64,000 bases of DNA from Balanoglossus misakiensis (taxonomy: Eukaryota; Animalia; Hemichordata), in assembly GCA_040954595.2 (NCBI GenBank), contig CM082588.2, positions 8,602,844-8,666,843 on the forward strand. The letters run 5' to 3'. Positions 12,801-23,250 of the stretch are shown here, piece by piece. Each line of letters opens with the position of its first letter. The first letter of the stretch is position 1. The position numbers and the translations under genes were made by a program. The notes beneath the pieces were generated by a model that worked only from the letters and a program-made list of their open reading frames with translations, was not told where the DNA came from and searched no databases.

Positions 12801-15800
12801 TTCTGTTCTATCAACTTCATAGTAGTACATGTATGTTATTAAATACACTTCAACAACACCATGCACTTATAATAACATATCTCTCAATATCTAATAACCT
12901 GTCAATCCTCTTATATGTCGTTGTTTTTTCTTTTCTTCTGTCGTCTCTTTAGATTTCTGATTCCACAGGTGAAAATGAGGATATTGATAAACACTTTAGA
13001 CCTCATTCCACATCAGCTACTGCTTCACCTGCTAGAGTTAGTAATCTGTCCACAAATACTTTGGTAAGCAAACATGATATATACACTACATATAATACTA
13101 TTTCTAGTTTTTAGGCTTTGCACCATTGAGACATAATATTTACATCTCCTGTGGGTCATTTCCATGACCCCTGGCTGACCCCTACATCCTGGTCGTTTCT
13201 TGGTATGACACTTTCTATTCGAACAGATTCTAACAAAGAAAGAAACGAAAGTCATGTAGTAATGATGAGATGATCGGTGATAAAAAAAAAGAAGCCAGAA
13301 CCATTGGCTAATAGGGATTAATAGAATCTCACACTGCCAAGGACCTGGGATCGTATTTCTCACACGAGTTGGGGATTTTCTGTCCCCCACGAGCCACAGG
13401 CGAGTGTGGGACAAAATATCCCCGAAAAAGTGTGAGAAATATGATCCCAGGTCCTTGGTGTGTGAGATTATATTCCTCACACAGTCACAAATTAGCCAAA
13501 TTTGTATAGAAACATTGGATAATTGACTTTATCATACATGCAACGCCTGTATTTGGCACTTTCTATTGTTCTCGCCCCGAAGATATTTTACGGTATTACA
13601 CTCCGCGTCTCGAACAATTTTTGAGAACGCGCGGCACGACAGTTCGCTGCGCGTGCAAGCGACGTACGGGGCATAGGTCGCTTGTGGAGAGGGGTGTTGT
13701 AAAATTCGGTTATTAGAAGCTGAAATAACGTTTTCAAAGCTGGCGGTTTTGCCATGTTGAATGTATCATTTTTACTTCTTCGAAATTCTCAATGCGAAAT
13801 AATTGTTAACATGATATTTTGAAAGAGAACGTAGACAAGTTTATTTAGAATGCGGATGTGCCCATCGTAATGAAAGCTGCCAACCCCCTTAAAATTATAC
13901 TACGGCCCACACGTCATACGTCACAACATGGCTACTGCTGTGATCCCAGCGCCCGGTTCAAATTTGAAATTGTTTTTCTCGGCGCATTTTCGCAAATCAT
14001 ACTGTTTTATAGGTAGGCATGTATGATAAAGGGGTTATTACACTAAATCCGTGTAATAACCCCTAAGTGTGTATCTGTCGTCTGGCATGTTGTAGTTTCT
14101 GTCTGTGTAATACTAGTACAATGCATATTGCGCCATTGGATGACATTTAGCATGCGTTAATTAAAGAATGACTTGTCATCCAATCAGCGCTTGCGTCATA
14201 TATAGCTTTCCATTCAGTGAGAATGTGGGATCGATTTGTTCTCACACTCTGATCCCACACTCTCAGCATGCCAGGAGTGTGAGAATATGCTTTGACAATG
14301 ATTTGAAATTGAACACTATTAATTTCCCAGGTATCACTGCACTAGAGTTCACAGATGTGTTCATACATTCAACCATTCTAATATTCAACCAGAAAAATTA
14401 GTCATCTAAAAAACCTACCAAATAATCGCAACCCTAAAACGTGAATTCCAAGTCTCGGAATAATCAATTTATTTTTCTGAAAACCAGGACCGGGGTTATA
14501 ATGGTCCTAGTTAAAACTCATAACCCTTACAGCAAAGAATTATGGTCACAATTTGTTTTGTTTGTTTGTTTTGTTTGCTTGTTTATTTCTCCCTCACAGG
14601 GGTCATATGAAACTATTCCGGTAGAGCATCTCTACCGCCCAACTTTCAGTTTATATGTAAGTTTTGAATAAGTTTCACCACAATGGCATGTAATTAGTCA
14701 TCCTCTGGTCTTCATCACATTCATTCATAAGTATAATTTCATATAAGACCAAAATACAAAATATGTGCTGTTCCGATTACCCGACCTACCCTAATTTTTC
14801 ACCCGCAGACCCTCAATTTTTTAGAGCTTCGTATTAACCGGAAGTAAAAATAATGATGTCAAATATACAAAATTAATGAATATTGCGCAAATCAAACAAG
14901 AACTATGATGTCATTCTTCTACACTACTTCAGCCAGAAAAATATAAAAAATGCAAAATAAAAAGAATTTCCCTACCTACCTTTACCTATCTACCCTATTT
15001 TTGAAAACCATGTAATCGGAACAGCACATATTATTTTTGGGGGCCTAAGTCATTTCAACAGGAATTCTCTGTGCCAGTAATTGCATGATTCATCGATCGG
15101 GAATACATGGAATTTGTCTGTGTATAAAACCAGGATAATGTTTGCTGTCTCTTAATAATAGCATTCCTTTAGTGATGTGATATGAAACTTATTGCTGAGC
15201 ATGTCTCCATATTTGGAGTGTGTGAGCAATTCTGGGGAGTGTTAAAATGCTTGTTTCATTTAATCATTGTTACGAGCGAAAAACTTTCTCCGCAAGTCTT
15301 TGAATGTGGCTCAATCTTATTAATTTTAATGTCTAAACAGTAAAAATTAGAGTTCTTGTATAATAATACTTGCAAGAACCCGCTGAGGGTGCGTGAATCT
15401 CTTGATATAGCACAATTCACTCCATATATGCACTTATGATGCTTAATTATACAAAAACACTGTCTAAAATGTTTTTTTTTAGAATCTGTCTTTTTTTTTA
15501 AATAGCACCACATTCAGTTAAAATGTGGTACATGTATAATGAAGTCATTTGTATTGGATATAAGCAGATATGCCATGATTAAAGTTAAAATATCAGATAT
15601 ATTAATATCATTAATAGTAAGTTTTGTCTATAAATAAAATGAGTTATGTATAATTAGTTTATGAATGTTGATATGTAAACACATAGTAACAATTTTTATT
15701 GCTCATTGCTATGAACACTATGTTACATGACTCAAATGTTAGATGTTTGAAAACAGAAATGGAAAAGATTTTATCATAAGTGGAGGCATTGAACAGCAGC

Positions 15801-18800
15801 AGTAGTCGACTGTTTCTTGTCGTTGATACTGAAAATGAACTTGTTTGTTTCCATTACAGGGCAGTGTTGATAGCCTCACAAGTTTTTACAGTTCTGCGGG
15901 CGAGAGGAACTTGGGCAAGATAACAGTGACTGGTGATGTCAAGTTTGATATGACCTATAATTACAAGATTGGTGTATTTGAGGTCAAAATAATTGCGTGC
16001 AGGGACTTGGCGCCCGTTGACACAAGGAAGAATTTTTCAGATCCGTAAGTATTGTGTGTGAGTGGGGAGGTCTTCTTTTGTTTTCAGTCAAAGTGAGTTC
16101 ATGTACTGTCGGAGAGAGAATTTTGTAGACCACAAGTTGGACACTGCTGGTCGGATGAGAAAACATTTGACAATTAAGGCTGTCTGAATTGGTAGAAAGA
16201 TTCTTATTTATTCAAATGAAGTCCATCCAATTGTTACTTTTTGAGATATTGGAAAATTTTGAGTTACTCCTGGACATGATTTCATAGGAGCAATGAGTGA
16301 GGGACTGCAATATGGTGAACATTGGAAGTTATACAGTGTCTATAAAAGACTACTGTATTCTTTCTAGTTGAGAAATTGGCTATATTTTCTGTTCTTGTGT
16401 TTACTTTTTATGTCTGAAAGTGTGTAGCACAAGTTGTCAGAGTCGAAATAGGGAGATGCACATAAATACCCATATTTAGACAAAGTGCGCTGAAACGTGA
16501 TACAATTACTGAGATTTATTGCACAAGGTGATGGCGCTGTTCCCCATAGAGTTCCACAGGCACGCGAGTCCAGGTATGATAATGAGTAGGGACTACTTAT
16601 TCTCTTGCAGGTATGTGAAGACATATCTCCTTCCGGATAAAACCAAGAATGGCAAACGGAAGACGAAAGTGAAGAAACATACACTAAACCCTCATTATGA
16701 TGAAGTTCTCAAGGTTGGTATAAAAGAGTTGACACTAGGAAATTCAATGTACTGTCATCATTTGTAAACTTTGTGATGTGTCGTGTTGGTTAAAGGCTCC
16801 AGAGCTGCCAAATTTCACATATTTTTTTCTACAATAAAATACTTCAAATATATTCTCTATCCTTTAAAAACCTCTCCATTAAGCCATATTTCTTGTATTT
16901 GCATCAGTTTGTCATCTCTTGGCGACGCATACCATGATAGCTGCCTACTGTATATATGGAGGCTGATTAAATGGGTGTGGCACCTGTTTAATAAATAGCG
17001 TGTTCAAATTGCAACGTGCATTCACAATTGGGCATCGATAAGGTGTTCATGTATATCTATCAGTAAGCTTATTTAGATGGACCAATTTAAGTTGGAAAAT
17101 AAAATCATGAAAATAATGCACAAAGTGGCAGCTCTAAAGTCTTTAAAGGTATACGGTCACCTAAGCAAATTTAACTACAGTTACCATGGCAAATTGAGAT
17201 CTAAGCCAATCACAGATTTTCAGTGGGTGGCACACGCGAAAAAAAGAGCGCCACCATATGTTCTTTAGAACACTCAAATACACCATTTCAGCCGTATATG
17301 GGCGTACTCAAATTGGAGGGGACTGTATACCTTTAAGAGGGAATCTTTTTTTAAAAAATCTACTTCTTTTTTTACAGTACATTATCAGTGAAAGTGAACT
17401 GCAAACAAGGACTCTATGGATTTCTGTTTGGCATAATGATGCATTTGGTCACAATGATTTTCTTGGTGAAATTCAACTTCCACTTGACGACATCAACTTT
17501 GAAGAATACATGGCCAGTTGGATGCCTCTATCGAGTAGAGTAAGTGATTTTAGGTATTAAAGGGACAAAGTCTCTCTCTCACTGCCCTTTTTTCCATTAA
17601 TTATGTTTGATACAAGACACCGTTTATGTTAATATACATGTACATGTGGATATGTAGTGAATCAACGTTTGACCACACACAACTTCCATCCTGTTTGTAG
17701 GATATGAGAGTGAAAAACTCACCAAAATGAATAAACGGTAGAGACCGATTATTCATTTTGGCAAGTTTTTTTACTGTCGTGTCTACAAGTGGGATGGAAG
17801 TTGTGAAAGAATCATGGCACAAGCTGTGGCTTTGATTGCTGAATTCAGTTTCTCTGACTTCAACTCTGTCCAAAATTTGAGATACGTATACAAGCTTACT
17901 AAGAGTGTACATATTGATTCAACAGATTGCTGGTACAGAAAACACTCTGTCATACAAGGGAGATTTAGCCATTGCTCTGCGCATTGTATATCCGGATAGT
18001 CCCACTGGATCTCCATCCGGAGATATTCCGAAACACGTCAGTAAAAGTAAGAAGAAATCCAAGGGCGGTGGGGATGGAATGCAAGGTGTCCTACATGTAC
18101 ATATCAAGGAAGCCAAGAATTTGATCGCGGTCAGAATCAGTGGTTATTCAGATCCATTCGCTAAATGGTAAGATTGGCGTGCAGTAGAACTATGATAGAA
18201 GTGTTATATTAAAGCCTCAGTATCTGCAAATTTTTGAATTATTTTGATCACTTACAAACTTAGAATTGTCCATTTTAACAGAGTTAATAGAGACAGGGAT
18301 AGTTTAGAAAGTCGGCAAACTTCAAAGGAGTATGTTATTGTTCTCATTTATATTAAGTCACTAGGTTTTGACTGTGCTCACACACACAGACATTGATCGT
18401 ACATGCAGTAGGAAGCCTATGGGGAGTCATATATTGCTATGTCTTATTTTGCTTGTTTAAACTATTGAAAACAATCTAAATTTTACAAATTGGATCTTTG
18501 GCAATGTTTGAGGAAGACATTTAGACTTTCATGCCAATCTTTATTTTCCATTTCTTTGACTACAGTTACCTGTTGCCAAATCGAAGTCGAGCTGGTAAAC
18601 GTAAAACGGAAGTTCTGAGGAAAAACTGCAATCCCAAATGGGACCAGATGTTTGTGTATGAAGGTGTCACAAAAGAGGACCTGAAGGAACGAGCTTTGGA
18701 ACTAACAATATGGGATCGAGAGTCTGTGACATCTAATGACTTCCTTGGTGGTTTGCGTCTTGGTGCAGGAACTGGTATGTGTTGTCATAGTAACAATATA

Positions 18801-19222
18801 TTCTTTGATATCAAATGACGTCAGACACGCTCAGGCGGCAGTTATGTGCGCATTCAAATTTCCAGATGACGGGCAACATCAACAACTTGGTGCAGACAAA
18901 GACCGTGCAGACGAAATGCAACGAGGCTGATGAGGCACCATACCTGATACATGTTATGTGTCTGGCAGTTTTAAAGTAAAAACATACTCGGAAAAACTTT
19001 TACTAGATGCCGAAATATTGCTTGCCTGTCACTCATTATGATTTTGTGTCAATATTTCCAGGTAAATCATACGGCAAGGATGTCAAGTGGCAAGATTCCA
19101 AACCGGACGAAATGAATATCTGGCAAAGAATGTTGATGAACCCCAATAAGTGGGTTGAAGCAACTTTGCCATTACGGAGTCACATGAACGGAAAAGAGGC
19201 GAAAGAAGCACATTATGTGTAG
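3850..19222 (+). CDS. SYTL: Synaptotagmin-like protein (Slp/SYTL4-5/bitesize-like Rab27 effector with tandem C2 domains), 5'-partial, multi-exon
   Basis: GT-AG exons with consistent phases: 3850-3953 ([13 protein letters not shown], matching the S/TGEWF motif of the Slp Rab-binding domain), 4384-4969, 5518-5669, [8208-8927, 9142-9281 likely alternative], 12953(or 12969)-13063 (ENEDIDKHF), 14600-14656, 15860-16044 ([29 protein letters not shown]...SDP), 16611-16713 ([27 protein letters not shown]), 17378-17539 ([19 protein letters not shown]), 17926-18167, 18566-18774 ([14 protein letters not shown]...[17 protein letters not shown]), 19062-19222 ([22 protein letters not shown]). N-terminal exons presumably lie upstream of the window. 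Exact paralog not assignable. Confidence 0.92.
4029..4222. repeat. (TTCA)n microsatellite
   Basis: Direct reading. Confidence 0.95.
7728..7900. mobile_element. Mini DNA transposon with 8-bp TSD
   Basis: TCTCCACA|CTAGACTCTCTCACAGCCC...GGGCTGTCAGAGAGTCTAG|TCTCCACA. Confidence 0.8.
8208..9281 (+). CDS. Putative alternative internal SYTL exons (8208-8927, 9142-9281)
   Basis: 720-nt open exon with acceptor cttgtag (8207) and donor GTAAGA (8928), phase 1/1 matching the donor at 5669; next exon tttgcag|9142-9281|GTGAGT continues in frame. Low-complexity Ser/acidic sequence typical of Slp linkers, no recognisable domain. Confidence 0.7.
11985..12036. mobile_element. 52-bp mini DNA transposon with 8-bp TSD
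   Basis: AGAAATTT|TAGCCTGGTCTCCATACCCA...TGGGTATGGAGACCAGGCTA|AGAAATTT. Confidence 0.85.
12346..12712. mobile_element. Foldback MITE family I with about 8-bp target duplication
   Basis: Long TIRs (AATCTGATTAAAATCAGATGTAG...), direct repeat GGTCATTG at 12338-12345 and 12713-12720. Partial copies at about 5072-5330, 31455-31685, 39875-40095 and an internally deleted copy at about 55795-55942. Confidence 0.8.
13310..14300. mobile_element. GC-richer hairpin-rich insertion, probable non-autonomous element
   Basis: About 145-bp hairpin at 13325-13469, inverted pair CTTTATCATACATGC (about 13528) / GCATGTATGATAAAG (about 14017), second hairpin at about 14031-14064. Class uncertain. Confidence 0.5.
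14746..15048. mobile_element. PIF/Harbinger-like MITE (about 300 bp)
   Basis: TIR GGCC..AAAAATAATATGTGCTGTTCCGATTAC with TAA/TTA flanks. Copies at about 30219-30490, 41295-42186 (interrupted) and an end fragment at about 46115-46162. Superfamily inferred from 3-bp TWA flanks. Confidence 0.7.
16790..17146. mobile_element. Kolobok-like family E
   Basis: TTAA AGGCTCCAGAGCTGCCA...TGGCAGCTCTAAAGTCT TTAA; second copy at about 40626-40954. Confidence 0.8.
17143..17336. mobile_element. Kolobok-like family A copy
   Basis: TTAA AGGTATACGGTCACC...GGGGACTGTATACCT TTAA. Confidence 0.85.
18797..19001. repeat. Interspersed repeat, about 205 bp, unclassified
   Basis: Its reverse complement matches 41214-41291 plus 42187-42304 (a split copy). 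Confidence 0.75.
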
Positions 19223-19224
19223 TT

Positions 19225-19242
19225 CACCACTAGATGGCGCTA
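19225..19242 (+). promoter_or_regulatory. CTCF-consensus motif immediately after the SYTL stop codon
   Basis: CACCACTAGATGGCGCTA matches the CCACYAGRKGGCRC core; motif match only. Confidence 0.45.
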
Positions 19243-19325
19243 TTCATTGTGGTTGTCATGGCGTAGTTGATGTGTGTGATATTGTGTAGAAGAAATACAT
19301 GCAAAGTGATCCAAAATATGAACCA

Positions 19326-19509
19326 CAGTCAAACCTCTGTTAGTGGCCACCTCTATATATATGGTCACCTCTATATAGTAAGTGGCCACTTTGTTACAGT
19401 CCCTGTGCAATTCACATGTGCATTAATTAACCTCTATATAAAGGCCACCACTCTATAAAGGCCAGTTTGGGAAAGTTCCTTGACTGGCAACTATAGAGAG
19501 GTTTGACTG
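19326..19509. mobile_element. Tigger/pogo-like MITE in SYTL 3' UTR
   Basis: CAGTCAAACCTCT...AGAGGTTTGACTG|TA with internal GGCCACCTCTATA repeats; partial copy at about 32195-32360. Confidence 0.75.
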
Positions 19510-20027
19510 TATGTGTTTCATGATTACAACTACAAGGACATTTCCTATCTGTTTCAGGTACCGTCTTTGCTATTGGGATCAGTCTATGGCTGTTTTCAGT
19601 GTTTCTGTTACAACCCTGTTTTTAAAGTCTTGGGTAAAATTTATCACTACAAAGCTAAATTTGGAGAGAAACCACTTTTGATATTTCTTTTGGATGAATC
19701 TGGGTTTAGTTGTACACGACATGTGATGTAGCCTTAGATGTGTTGATACAAACCCAATAACACCAGGGAGGGCTGTACACTTGTAACTTTTATCACTTGA
19801 ACTGAATCTCATATCAACATATACACTTTGTCACTCAGAGCTAACCTTCATTCAACATGTATGTATGGGTATAAAATATATTTCAATCAAGGCCATTGAA
19901 GACATTATTTAATAGTCAACAAAATTTTTGTAACAATATGGCGTACTATTATTAAAATTTGATAAAATGTCATATGACCAACCTAAATTTACAAAGTTAG
20001 CCACTTCATGACATATATTTATTGTAT

Positions 20028-20611
20028 TTAAAGGTCCCATGTCATGCTTTGGAAAGTTTTCATTTTTCCACGTCAAAAGCTCACCTAGGGTACCTGTCTA
20101 TGCATTGCCTATTGTGTCGGTTCCGAAAAATGTGCACGAATGCCGGAATTTGCCCCCTTTTTTCATGCCTGTGATCAGGGAGTCACTTCGCACTCGAGCC
20201 AGGCGAAGGTATTTGCATATGGACAAACAAGTACACTATGTCATAGTGTACCATTCTGTTTACAGTAAAGTGTAATTAGCAGTCCATGAGTAATTAAGTC
20301 CACAGACAAAGACAAGCTATATAAACAGTGTTCAAAGCAAAGGAAGCCCTTGCCTCACATTGCAGGCAGAGGATTTACAAAGGTGTGAAAGACTATTTGT
20401 CCACATCAAGATAAGTCTTCGGCTTAACTTCGAAAAGCCGAAAAAAATCGACTGAGTTGGGTTAGGGGTACACGCCCACCCGCCACTTTTACTTGCTTGT
20501 TATCTAAGCACAAGGGGCAAAACGCATTGCAAGATAGTAACATACGTTAACTTCAAGACCCAAATAGTGATTTTACGCGTGGTTGTATAGGGCATGGCAT
20601 GGGACCTTTAA
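20028..20611. mobile_element. Kolobok-like family F (single copy in window)
   Basis: TTAA AGGTCCCATGTCATGC...GCATGGCATGGGACCT TTAA. Confidence 0.8.
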
Positions 20612-21001
20612 TAGAAGTATTATATATTTTGCGAATGTTTATCAAGTAATAATCCTGATATAACATTTTTATCATCATATTAATATTTTCACTTTTGACT
20701 GTCATTATTTCTGCTGACGAATTCAAATGAATTCTGTTCTCCCCCAAGAATTTCTGATAGAGCAGTAATCAATTTGCATGATAGTATAGCAGTTGGGGGG
20801 GGGGGGGTGGTGGTGTGGTTATGACAAAAATTGACGGTCCCCTTTAGAATTTATGATTTTTTTCCTTAGCCCCATTCATATTCATATACATCAAAAGCTA
20901 TGCCCCATAAAGTATATTCTGAACACTCACTAATTGTACATAAACGGGAACGTAAAATATTGCATGATAGAATTTAAAGTTATAGAAATCAAACTCATGA
21001 T

Positions 21002-21504
21002 TTAAAGGCACGTAAGCTGTAACTTTTGGGATAATTTTTGTTTCAAACTGCACTACCATTAGTCCATGCTGATGAACGCAGTGAACTATACACAAGCATT
21101 ATAAACCCTAAATATGAGTACATATGCAAGTTTTAACCAGATAAATAATAAAGCTTTGCCGCAAGCGATTATGGCCGCCACCGTGGGAAAATGCAAGAAA
21201 CAATGAAAATGTTGCATTTCCGGTTATGAAACTTCATAAACAAAACATGATCTCATCCACTTGAGCTCATGGAAGTAAATGTACACCACTGAGACATCAG
21301 ATTTTCATTTTTCATTGCAATATTGCACTTTTTTTAAAATTGCAGGAATTTTCGTTTTTCTTTAATTTTTGGCCATTTTGTCATAAATAAGAGTTGAGCA
21401 TGATATATTATCATGAAATATCATTTAATAGACATAATTAAAAGCATATATGAGATTATTTAAAACTTTAATTTTTTATCCAGTTGCAGCTTACGTGCCT
21501 TTAA
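21002..21504. mobile_element. Kolobok-like family C (about 500 bp)
   Basis: TTAA AGGCACGTAAGCTG...CAGCTTACGTGCCT TTAA; highly similar copy at 57738-58248. Confidence 0.88.
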
Positions 21505-21789
21505 AATCTCATGTACCCTGGTAGATAGGTCATTTCAAAAACATGATGGTAAAATATGTAGATTTTTAGCAGAGTGTGTATTAATTAGAAACACTTTTTT
21601 GTGACCTGCTTTAATAATAGCATCTGGAATCCTTAATGCTTTTGGTAAGTTTTTTTTGTATTGCTAATCTACTGTACTAGAGAAATCCTGAATTATGTCA
21701 ATAGTCAATTGTGAGACTTTACTCTGTTTAGACAATTCAATATTAAAAGTTAAGGTGCAAAATTGTAATAGATTAAGTTCATTGAACTA

Positions 21790-22143
21790 TTAAAGGGACA
21801 AAGTCTCTGTCTCGCTGCCCTTTTTCCATTAATATTGTTTGATACAAGACACCGTTTGTTATTCTACATGTGGATACTAGTATATAGTGAATGAACGTTC
21901 AACCACGCACAACTTCCATCCCGTTTGTAGGATATGAGAGTAAAAATCTTGCCAAAATGAATAATTGGTCTCTACCATTTATTCATTTTGGGCGAGAGTT
22001 TTACTCTCATATCCTACAAACGGGATAGAAGTTGTGTGTAGTTGAACATACATGTATATCCATTTACATTAACATAAACAGTGTCTTGTATTAAACATAA
22101 TTAATGGAAAAACGGCAGCGAGAGAGAGACTTTGTCCCTTTAA
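21790..22143. mobile_element. Kolobok-like non-autonomous element family B (near-palindromic, about 350 bp)
   Basis: TTAA|AGGGACAAAGTCTCT...AGAGACTTTGTCCCT|TTAA with long internal inverted symmetry. TTAA target duplication with purine (AG) start is the Kolobok signature. Confidence 0.85.
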
Positions 22144-22873
22144 TCATTCTGTATATTTCTGGTGGTGTACTGATTTGTGAAGCACCTGAGCTATCGTTGT
22201 ACATACAAGTGCCTTTTCCCCAAATTCTCAATTTCTGCGAGTTTCACAGATCTGCATGTATAACTGATATTGCAGAACGAATTATGCATTTTCATCTCGG
22301 TGCTATTTTTATGGAATTACTAAAATATGACCACAGTTGTGTTTATGTGGATACTTGAATCTAATGATCTCAGTTTAAATAATAATGGAGTCAAAATTAA
22401 ATGCAACATATTTGTAATTTGAATTTTTGCACCAAATAGTTTAAGGACAGGAAAGTAATTTCAGTCAATTTTCTTGCGATTTATTTCAACCTTTTCTAAA
22501 ATGAAGCTATCAGTCAATCATGGCATATCATTTATCATTGTAATTTTCACAAGTTGGTTAAGTTGATTATTTTGCGATCAACATTTTTTCTATCAAAGCT
22601 TTTCTAATGGCATCAAAATGGAATTTGTTATGAACATTGTCAATTTTCCTTACTGCTAGAAAAATGTTAAAATATTTTTCTGCTTCTTTGAAAGAAATAA
22701 TTTTTGTTATAAATTGGAATTTAATTATTTTTCAGGTAATATAGATTGTTTTTTATATGTAAACAAGTTACTATATTTCTGCTTTGAAGTACAGAATGTA
22801 AATCAGAATATGATGATGTTTACCTTACACATACAGAGATTTTTAAAGCCAGCACAGTAAGTAGTGGTTACCA

Positions 22874-23250
22874 TTAAAGGGACATTAAGCTGTAACTTTC
22901 GGCTTTAATTTCAGTATTTTTATTCTGTGTACCAAATACATTGTCTCGTTCTACTCCAAACTTCATGCCAATATACCCAGTCCTCAGCTTGTCAACACAG
23001 CCTGTATGTGTGTAACGGCCATTGTTGTTGTTGACAAATGAATTCTAGTCCGGACTTGAATTCAAATTTTGCACCGTCCTGACTATATACATATAGGTTG
23101 TGTTATTTACATATACATATACAAAATACATATAGGTTGTGGACACTGGGCATTTCATCATGTCTCAAGAATTCGAACAAGAAACTGTGGTACCTACACA
23201 GAACAAAAATGTTTTTAACATAGTGAAACGATACAGCTTATGGAGCTTAC
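22874..23250. mobile_element. Kolobok-like family D
   Basis: TTAA AGGGACATTAAGCTGTAACTTT...; related copies at about 33085-33430 (inverted), 34400-34750 (ends AGCT TTAA) and 63036-63372. Confidence 0.75.

Noticed and set aside
13025-13480. 151-aa minus-strand ORF
   Set aside because: Runs across a hairpin repeat, intron and the antisense of a SYTL exon; no homology cues.
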